Shown here in pieces: positions 9,376-17,924 of a DNA stretch of 22,885 nt. The notes under the pieces were generated by a model, which saw nothing but the letters and a program-made list of their open reading frames with translations, made no database searches and was not told where the DNA came from. Position numbers and translations under genes: made by a program. Positions within the stretch are counted from its first letter, which is position 1. Every line of letters begins with the position of its first letter. Origin of the DNA: Geosiphon pyriformis uo1 (lineage: Eukaryota > Fungi > Glomeromycota); contig JAAOMT010000366.1 in NCBI GenBank assembly GCA_016748015.1, positions 167,068-189,952 of the forward strand. The letters run 5' to 3'.

Positions 9376-10960
9376 CAGTGATGGCTTTTTGCTCATTAGC
9401 CACTGTATTGCTAAGCAAGAATGGTAATTCATTTGCTTCAAATTCAAAAGGAAAGATATCAGAGAGATTGGCATTTTCAGCAATTTGGGCTGGTGGAATA
9501 GTGGTGTGGTTATAAGAAGGGTTTCGTTGTTGTTGTGCTGCAGCTCTACCTTCTGAGAGTGCAGTATGGTGAAAATCCTGTTCTTCTGGTATTGTTAAAT
9601 AACTGGGTTGAGTGTAATAATAGTTGGGTCTTGGTTGAGTGGTATTTCAGGGAACCAATTGGTTGTTTGAACTGATTCTACTGTTGTTTACTTGGTATCG
9701 GTTTTGTGGTGTGAATTGATTTTGTGTAATCAGTCTTTGAGCAGGTACTTGATAATGTTGTGTGGGTGGTTGTTGGTATTGCTGTTGGATTGGTTGTGGG
9801 GTGGGCTGATAATAGTTATTTTGGTATTGGGGTCTTGGTGAATAGTAAGCTGGTGGTGATAGTTGATAATAAGATTGCTGTAGTGGAGAGTAATGTTGAT
9901 TACCCTATTTTGTTGGTCTCATTGCAGTTTTCTGCAATCTCTTTTCCAGTGGCCAGAAATTCTACAGTAATGGCAATTCTGGGGCTGGTTATTGGAAAGT
10001 AGTGCAAAGTTATTTTGATTTTGTCTTTGGGGTGGTTAATATCTTTGGGGTTGTTGTTGTTGTTAGTTGGTAAAATAGTTTTCAACCTTCTTTGTGAGTT
10101 GGTCAATTTTTTCTTCAGCTGCTGAGCTGGTTTCTCCAATTGCCAAATTTACAAGTTTTGTACAATTGGCTTCTTCCATGACTATTTTGTATCTTTTCGC
10201 ATGCTGTATGACAGAGTTTAAATCTTCTGGCACATGTGGACAAACCTTTTTAATTAGTTTATCTTTTAGATCAGTGATAAATTGATCCAAGATTTGAGCA
10301 TCGGAATAATAATTGTTTGTCTCGAGTTGGCAAATCCGTCTGAGAAGTTTGTTGAATTTCCCAATATAAGTNNNNNNNNNNNNNNNNNNNNNNNNNNNNN
10401 NNNNNNNNNNNNNNNNNNNNNNNNNNNNNNNNNNNNNNNNNNNNNNNNNNNNNNNNNNNNNNNNNNNNNNNNNNNNNNNNNNNNNNNNNNNNNNNNNNNN
10501 NNNNNNNNNNNNNNNNNNNNNNNNATGATATTTTGGGAGTATTGGGTGTTGTGTGAACAGGTTGGTTATCATTTTGTCTTTTGTTGCTACTGGTTTCAGG
10601 TTTAAATTCGAGTTCAAAGGCAAATTGTGCATTTGCAGGATATTTTTCTTCACAGAATCAAATGATATTATAATTGAGTTCCTCAAAATAAGTAGCACAA
10701 GCTTCAGCACTAATGTTTTCTGATTCAGTATTGGAATAGTGTAGTATGTTCTCAAGAAGATTTCTTTTAACTGTTGTAATGTTATAGTTCCCAAAGAGGT
10801 AGTCATTGATTCGATTTTCAATGTATTGAAAAAGTGTTTTCTTGAAAGCTATGATTCCGTCACGTATTTTAAATCATTGTTTGCAGTGTGTGTAAATCAA
10901 TTGATAGTACTCTAAGGTTGTGATGTCTGAGGCAGTTGCCACTTTAAATTTGTTGCTGTG
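9376..10960 (-). pseudogene. Gypsy gag (capsid-like region, CCHC knuckle, Q/P/Y-rich tail); N gap at 10372-10524
   Basis: TYIGKFNKLLRRI...QILDQFITDLKDKLIKKV capsid-like segment; CHYCRISGHWKRDC at 9934-9975. A 1-nt shift near 9903 leads into a Q/P/Y-rich frame that runs into the protease. The start codon is not identified. Confidence 0.82.
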
Positions 10961-10964
10961 TTAC

Positions 10965-10982
10965 TTCCGTGGGAGAGCACCA
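10965..10982 (-). promoter_or_regulatory. tRNA primer-binding site
   Basis: The minus strand reads LTR-CA, TT, TGGTGCTCTCCCACGG, complementary to a tRNA 3' end ...GGGAGAGCACCA. tRNA identity is not assignable by eye. Confidence 0.8.
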
Positions 10983-10984
10983 AA

Positions 10985-12505
10985 TGTTACCGGAAGTTTT
11001 TGGTCTCTTTTCTGTAATGTTGTTGATTTTTATTTGCTGTGAATTCACGTTTTCAGGAAGTAATTGAACCTCCAATAACTGAATTTATCTTCAAATTATC
11101 TTTTATAATTTGAACTTGCTGGGCTTATGAGTGGAATGGCCAATTTCATGCCAGTTGCTTTATGTAGTTATGTTGTAGTAAACGTCAACTTTTTCCCAGG
11201 AATTGCTTGTCTGGAAGCTCACTAAAAATGTGTAGTTACTTTGCTGTGAAAGTCAACTCTTCTACAGGAATCTCGTCTGTAGACTACCCTAATGATTGTA
11301 ATAAGAAAAGAAAAAAAAAATAAAAAAAGTGTAAAAGAAATAGGATTTTATCAAGGGAAATGTTTTCTATCCAGGCCTGAAGTTACTAACAGTTTACTGA
11401 AATTGGTAGCTAATCAATTTCGAAATGTTAGTTGGTTTTTGGGGATTTTCCAAGGGCAATAATTAAAGAATTTGGTTTTTCAAATTATTTGNNNNNNNNN
11501 NNNNNNNNNNNNNNNNNNNNNNNNNNNNNNNNNNNNNNNNNNNNNNNNNNNNNNNNNNNNNNNNNNNNNNNNNNNNNNNNNNNNNNNNNNNNNNNNNNNN
11601 NNNNNNNNNNNNNNNNNNNNNNNNNNNNNNNNNNNNNNNNNNNNNNNNNNNNNNNNNNNNNNNNNNNNNNNNNNNNNNNNNNNNNNNNNNNNNNNNNNNN
11701 NNNNNNNNNNNNNNNNNAGGAATTGCTTGTCTGGAAGCTCACTAAAAATGTGTAGTTACTTTGCTGTGAAAGTCAACTCTTCTACAGGAATCTCGTCTGT
11801 AGACTACCCTAATGATTGTAATAAGAAAAGAAAAAAAAAATAAAAAAAGTGTAAAAGAAATAGGATTTTATCAAGGGAAATGTTTTCTATCCAGGCCTGA
11901 AGTTACTAACAGTTTACTGAAATTGGTAGCTAATCAATTTCGAAATGTTAGTTGGTTTTTGGGGATTTTCCAAGGGCAATAATTAAAGAATTTGGTTTTT
12001 CAAATTATTTGGTATTTATTTCTTTTTGTGTGTGTAGAAATGGTTCTAAGTGATAAATCTAAAGTAAGATACATTTTCTCGAAAAGAGAAGCTCTTCTTT
12101 TATACAACTTGTCGTAACACTATTCTATGAACTTGAATTTTGCTATTTTCTACAATTTTGCTGAACTAAAGATATATTTTGGCGAACTATAAGTTATTTC
12201 TGCAAACTATTAGATATTTTGGTGAACTATCAATTATTTTGGCAAATTTCTATAAATTTTGGTGAACTTCTATAAATTTTGGCAAACTTTTGAATGTTAC
12301 ATAGTTTGGAGTATTGCATGATTAATCATTGCAATTAGGTTACATTTGTGTTGTGTATAATTTGGGTTATTAATTAAATGATAATTTCGGACATTTTTTG
12401 CTAATGTAATAAGTAATAATTTGAAACGATAATATATGCTAATTAATGATAGGAATTATAAGATAGTTTCATGCTAAATGATATTTCTAATTTCATTTGG
12501 TAACA
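10985..12505 (-). repeat. 5' LTR (true length 1001 bp; inflated by 520 bp of gap plus false duplication)
   Basis: TGTTACCGGA...TTTGGTAACA. 11198-11491 is identical to 11718-12011 on either side of an N run. Removing 520 bp gives exactly 1001 bp, the same as the other LTR. Confidence 0.93.
12157..12290. repeat. 20-bp-period tandem array in the 5' LTR
   Basis: Units such as TTTGGCGAAC, TTCTGCAAAC and TTTGGTGAAC at 12178, 12198, 12218, 12238, 12258 and 12278; counterpart of 4500-4633. Confidence 0.85.
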
Positions 12506-12509
12506 ACAT
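12506..12509. repeat. Target-site duplication ACAT (right copy)
   Basis: Follows the LTR end GTAACA. Removing the element plus one ACAT restores the LINE ORF2 frame. Confidence 0.9.
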
Positions 12510-15500
12510 AGTGTGGCCCTTGATGTTCCTGGGAATTGGTCTAACCAATATTGGCCTTTAGATTATGTATTTGATGGCGCTTTTTTAGATGTGATGAGCT
12601 GTGTTAGTTTTGATGAGATGTCTGACATGGTCTCTGTCCTACCTAATGGGAAGGCTGCTGGTCTCTTAGGCATCTCCAATGAACTTTGGAAGCACTGTGA
12701 TAAATCTGTTTTCAATATGCTCTTGGTGCTTATTAATTCTTGTCTTCGTGGTGAGTTTGTGCCTGGTGCTTGGAAGGAAGTCTGGGTGTCAATGATTCCT
12801 AAACCTTATGAATGAGAGAGTGTGCTCACAAACACTCGTTCTATTGCTCTGATTGAAACGGCTCAAAAAATTCTTTCTAAGATTCTTTCTAATAGGATCT
12901 CTTTAGCATGTAGCAAGTTTAACGTTCTTCATGGGGACAATTTTTCCGTTCTCAAAGACACTACAACTCAGTCTCCCATTTTTGCAATTGGTTCAGTGAT
13001 CGAAGACGCTCTTGAAAAAAACCGGGAGCTCTGGCTGGTTTTACAAGACATGCGGAAAGCATATAATTTGGTCAGTTGGGATCATCTTAAAAAAAGTTTG
13101 GTTAGGATAAAAATGTGCTGCTGGTTTATTAGGTTCTTTGGGAATATTCATGGTGGTCATACAAACCGGGTTATGACTGATTTTGGATTAACAGATGGTT
13201 ATCATGTACACGATGGCTTGAACCAAGGGGAGGTGTTTTCACCTCTTCTTTGGCATATATTTTATGATCCTCTCTTGTGCGAAGTTAAGAGGCAGGAGAG
13301 TGTGTGTGGTTACAGGTTAAATTCTCATTTCATTGCTAAGACGGGCCATGTAGAGTCTCAGGCTGGTTTGTCGTCTTTCTTTGCTGTAGGCGCTTTTGTG
13401 GACGATACAATCTGGATGGGTAGCAGTCAGACTGCCACTCAACACATTCTTGATGTGGCTAGTGAGTTCTTCCACATCAATGATATTTCAATTAATAATG
13501 ATAAAACAGTGGTCATTCCAATTAATAGCCATGCCAGTGCACCTTCTCTTTTCATCAGTGGATCCCCTATTTCTATAGCTAAGCCAGGCGAATCTCATTG
13601 TTATCTGGGTATCTTCATGTCTTCTGAGAGACTGTCAAAGCCCAGCCTGGCAAAAGCCCATTCAGATGTTCATTTTTTTGTCAACTTGGTTCTAAGAAAG
13701 GCCATATTGGACAAACAATTTCTTTATTTAGTGTCAGCTGTTCTCCACCCCATCATCGGTTATAGAACTCAGTTTAGTTTTGTTTCTGTCAGTGTGTGTA
13801 ATAAGTGGGATGCTTTGATTTGTAGGGGCTTGAAATCCAAGTCTGGATTGCCTCTTGATTTTCCCAGTAACACGATCTATCATCCTTTATTCTATGAGTT
13901 GAAATCTTTTACCCAGATTTAATTGGAAAGTAAGGTTGCTTCCCTTATTTGTTTTGCAAACTTAGTGGGAATCCTGGGTCATCTGTTCTCCCACAGGTCT
14001 CATGACTTACAGGTTTCGAGCTGGCGCCCTATTTATTCTTTGAGTGTTCCTGTTCATGTACGAATCAGTCCTTTGAATAACTTCTTAGCGGGTGCTGTTT
14101 GTGTTCTTCTCGATTGCAACTTATCTTTGAGTGGGTCTTTTGGTAGTCCATTTCAGCTTTGTGGTGGAGTACCCATGTCTACCATTCTCGGTGAGTCTAA
14201 ATTTGTCAAATTCCTTCCCTCACTCCGACAGTATGGCATTGCCTTTGTTGACCAACTCTGTGACCATCATGGAGCCGTGTTTGACTGGTACAAATTCAAG
14301 TGGTGGAAGAGGTTGGACCCCCGTGGCCCAACTCCTGAGTGGTTCACGCTTTCTGTTAAGTTTCTGTCTGATACATCTTCTTCTCGTGCCCCTTCTCCTG
14401 CTTTGGCTGGTGTAAGTCTTTAGAGTATTCTCGCCTCTCCTGGCTTGGTGTTGGTTCGTGATCGGCTTTCCCAAGTTCTTCCTAGTAGTATTTCTGTTTA
14501 TACAGATGGGTCTCTGACAAACCTAAGTACCAAGAATTGCATGGCTGGGGCTGGTGTTTTTTTCAGTGACATTGATCTGGGTTTGGGCATTGGAGTTTCA
14601 GATCTGCTGTCTTCTATGTTGGTGGAAATGCAGGCTATTGTGCTGGCACTGGAGTGTGTCCTCCGTTCTAGTTGTGTTCATCTGTTCTCTGACAGTCAAG
14701 CTGCTCTGAATGCCTACAAGTTGGAATTGAGTATGGTGCGTCCGGATTTTCGCAACTGTTGTTGGATCGAACGCCTGCATATTGTAAACATTATTCATAG
14801 TAAAAACTTATTGGTTGAATGGCACAAAGTAAAAGGCCACTTTGGTGTGATTGGAAATAAGCGTGCTGATGCTATAGCTGGTGTTTCTTCTTACTTGGGC
14901 TGGTTCCTTCCTTCCCAATCGCATGTGCGCTTCTTGTTGGCAGACGGTGGGACTGTTTCTGGTAATTCCAGACATTTTGTTCACGATATTTTTTGTTCTG
15001 TTAGTTGTGTGCACTGGAAAATTGGTTCTGGTTCTAAATTTCTGTCTGCCAGTTTGTTCGCAGACGTAGATTGGTCCTGCTCTTCACTGGTATGGCATCC
15101 TGATTCACACATGGCTGCTGGCCATACCGGCAAGCCCACAGCAGATGTGCACAGTTTTCTCATGAAGGCATTGCACCACCAGCTGCCTGTTGCTGTTCAT
15201 AAACGCTTGTATGACAGAAGATACCCCAGTGTATTGTGCTTATATTGTGGTGAGGTGGAGACATCAGATCATGTTTTCTCTTGCAAGACTGATGTCTCTG
15301 CACATCTCTGGATACTGGATACATGTTCAAAATCTTGGATGGTGCTTTCTGGCCTGTCTCTTTCTTCTTCTTGTGTGCTGCAATTGCTGTCTTCTTGTGC
15401 CTCTGATGTTTCTGTATTTACGGCTCTCTCTAAAGGATTTGTTTTTATTGAGTGGCTTCGTAAAGTTATCTCTGTTTTCAAATGTCACAAGGCTGCTAGT

Positions 15501-15779
15501 TCGAAAATTGTTGAGTTTGTGCATTCCCTTAGTTTTGCTTTTAGGAATGATATTTGGTTGGTTAGGGTTAAGCATCATGCGTTTATGGAAAAAAATAATC
15601 TCATCCCACTTGACGGTTCGATTCCTATCTTGGTCTCTGGCTCGGCTTCTAGGTTCTTGGCTGGCGTTGTTAGGCTACTTGGTGTGGCTGAGGCTCTTGG
15701 TGTTCGTTTTGGCTTTCGTAAACAATGTTCTTTCTTTTCTGGTGTCGATGATTCTGTTTTGGTACATATAACTGTGTAG
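12510..15779 (+). pseudogene. LINE-A ORF2, 3' part: reverse transcriptase, RNase H, C-terminal zinc finger
   Basis: RT motifs TRSIALIE, LQDMRKAY, GLNQGEVFSPLLW, GAFVDD (FVDD at 13395-13406) and YLGI. RNase H motifs YTDGS, EMQA, SDSQ and KVKGHFGVIGNKRAD (~14490-14880). CLYCGEVETSDHVFSC at 15237-15284. Single frame with stops at 12813, 13920 and 14421. Confidence 0.95.
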
Positions 15780-15912
15780 TGTTGTCCTGATTGGCCCAAG
15801 TAACTGGTCACGTGTAGGAAAAACATGATTCACACTTAGTTTATATCATTTCTTTGATATATAACCCTAGGTAGTGTTTGGACCTCATTCATAAAACGTA
15901 ATAAAAAAAAAA
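15780..15912 (+). terminator. LINE-A 3' UTR with AATAAA and poly(A) tail
   Basis: AATAAA at 15900-15905 merges into an A10 run. The region is similar to the LINE-B 3' UTR (22600-22734). Confidence 0.8.
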
Positions 15913-16040
15913 TTTATCAAAAAAACTTCTTTCTCTCTTATCTCCAAAAATCCTCAAAAAGTGCATTTTCTGTAAAAAGAAGTTTTTTTGTTTTTTTAGT
16001 CTATATCAATATTTCTTTACTTAATAATAACCTATTTTTC

Positions 16041-17924
16041 GTGAATATAAAGATTACTGCTAGTAGCACCACATCTAAGAAAAAAGCTCCTAAGGGTGCT
16101 TTTTATGGTTCTGCTAGAGATTTCTTTTCTTAGAAGAAAAAAGTTGTTTTTGATAATGTCAAACACTCTGGTGATAAAAGAGATATATTTTTGAGCAGAT
16201 CTGATTCTGGTGATAGTATTTATTCTGATGTGAAAAGTCTTTTTGGTGAAGATGAAAATGTTAGCATGTCTGATATAGATGGTGGGTTTCTTTTGGACTC
16301 AGCTACTACTATACTCAAGACAAAGCAAGTCAACACTGGTGCTGTTTTTGGTTCTCTACTTGGCTCTTCCAATTTTTATATGAATGATGATGAAGTTGTG
16401 CTTCCTTCTCACTTGCCTATCTCTTTTGACAAAAAGTGGATTAACCCAAAAATTATCAAGACTCCTGTGGAAGTGTCAATTAAAAAGTTATTTGCTTTGA
16501 ATATTAATCTTTCAGTTGTGGAAAGTAAATCGGCAATGGCAAAAACTCAGTTAATTAGAAAATTTTTTTCATTAGTCAATGGTTTTGGGAGAGCCACTAC
16601 CCTCTCAAAATTTGAAGAGATCATCTGATCTACCTTTACTTCTGAAAAAAACATGAATATGGCTGCATCATTGGCCAGGAAAAAAGAGATTGACATAAAC
16701 AGCAATCTCAAAAAACAAGGAATCTATTCAGATTAGGCTGTGGTCATTAAAGAAATTCCTATGAACATGCCAAAAGATATGATCGTCGCTGCACTAGCTG
16801 AATTTGGTAAAATTAAGTTGATCAAAATTCAACTTATTAAATTATGGCAAAAAGCTGTGATAGAATTTGCTGAATTAGATTAGGCTAAACAATTAGCTGC
16901 TAAATAGTCCTTTTTGATTGATAAAAATTTGGTGCATGTGGCCATGGCTGTAGGTGATCATAAGACTTGGGTGTTAAGAGACAGGTTCAAAGCATTGCTG
17001 TTTACTTTGCTAATGGAAACAACTGCTTATAATTTGGGCACTCTTTTGGATGGGACTGGTAGAAAGATCTGTGTTATTAACCACTCAATGGATTCTAACA
17101 ACTGGGTATACTGTGCTGTTATTGATTTCGAATCTGATGAGGATTTGAAGTCTGCTTATCGCACTGAGCCAATATTTAATGGTGTTAAATTATCTTGGGC
17201 TAGATTAGACTTGGTTCGCTGTGAAAAGTATGAGCATTTTGGCCATTCTGCTCTGGAGTGTGATGCACTAACTCCACCTATCTCTAAGTCCTCAAGACTT
17301 GTTAAAAGAGTCTTTTTAGAAGACCATTGTCTTTGGCTGGTAAAATTGTATGCTAGAAAAGATGTTCTTATTTCTAAAACTGCTGCCTTTGGTGGCAAAT
17401 TTTGGGCACAAGTGGTCTCACTTGCTTCTTCTTCTAGTGGCTCTCATTTCGACTCTGGTTTTGAGTTTGGTTCTCTTTCTTCTGGTTTTTTAAGTATTAA
17501 AGAAAGTGCACTGGTTGTTTAAGATGAATTCTCAATTAATAATCGTCTAGCTTTACTGGAATGCTTTTTAGAATTACTAGCTGATTAAGTGTCAGATATT
17601 GTGTGTAGATTAAATGATATAGAGCTGGTGCCTCTGGTATCTGTTACTCAAGTTGTACTTCTGGCCACTCCTGTTCTTACATTGGTGTCACCAGATATTG
17701 ATATGGTTTTGGATGTTCTTCAGCTGTCTCTTCCTCTCTTTTCTTTAGTATTAGAAAACAAAGTGGTGGATTTGGGTCTAAGCAGTTCAAAAGTTCTTAT
17801 CTCCAAAGTTGATGGTTTGGAATCTAAGAGATTGGCTTTCAAAGTTTCTATTGACTCAATCTTGAAGAAGTTAGATCTGTTGTGCTTAAATTCAGGTTCT
17901 TTGATGCATTCTTTGTATCAATGA
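16041..17924 (+). pseudogene. LINE-B ORF1, disrupted by in-frame stops
   Basis: Pieces 16191-16628, 16914-17522 and 17589-17924 share one frame. Homologous to LINE-A ORF1 (KWINPKIIKTPVEV, LSWARLDLVRCEKYEHFGHSALEC). The start position is approximate. Confidence 0.85.

Larger units (their letters stand above)
3848..12505 (-). mobile_element. Ty3/Gypsy (Metaviridae-type) LTR retrotransposon, nested antisense inside LINE-A ORF2
   Basis: Paired LTRs with TGTTAC...GTAACA termini, 4-bp TSD, PBS and PPT. Domain order on the minus strand is gag(CCHC)-protease-RT-RNase H-integrase, the Gypsy order. Confidence 0.96.
449..15912 (+). mobile_element. Non-LTR retrotransposon LINE-A (L1/Tx1-like, RNase H-bearing), apparently full length, decayed, interrupted by a Gypsy element at 3848-12505
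   Basis: ORF1 589-2432; ORF2 2429-3847 joined to 12510-15779; short 3' UTR ending AATAAA plus an A10 tail (15900-15912). The 5' end (AAAAAACTTTTTTCTCTC...CCAAATTCCTGAAAAA...AAAGAAGTTTTT) matches the 5' end of LINE-B. The exact 5' boundary within the A run is uncertain. Confidence 0.93.

Noticed and set aside
9895-9910. Programmed gag-pol frameshift
   Set aside because: The frame changes just after the CCHC knuckle, but no slippery heptamer is evident. A 1-nt deletion during decay explains it more simply.
10046-10070. (GTT)n microsatellite
   Set aside because: It is just a short poly-Gln run (CAA codons) within gag.
10525-10821. N-terminal half of ORF-track protein 10063..10821 as gag
   Set aside because: It is joined to the true gag segment only through an N gap of unreliable size. 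An alternative frame upstream of the gap is longer and looks more protein-like.
11030-11200. Long protein-coding ORF inside the LTR, in frame with gag
   Set aside because: Four stop codons in this frame are shared by both LTRs, so they probably predate insertion rather than being decay mutations.
11432-11843. ORFs spanning N gaps (also 4946-5336 and 10282-10605 on the + strand)
   Set aside because: They are open only because N codons contain no stops.
14131-15826. Short alternative-frame and antisense ORFs over LINE ORF2, e.g. 15190-15771
   Set aside because: They are shadow frames of a well-supported RT/RNase H coding region and show no recognisable motifs.
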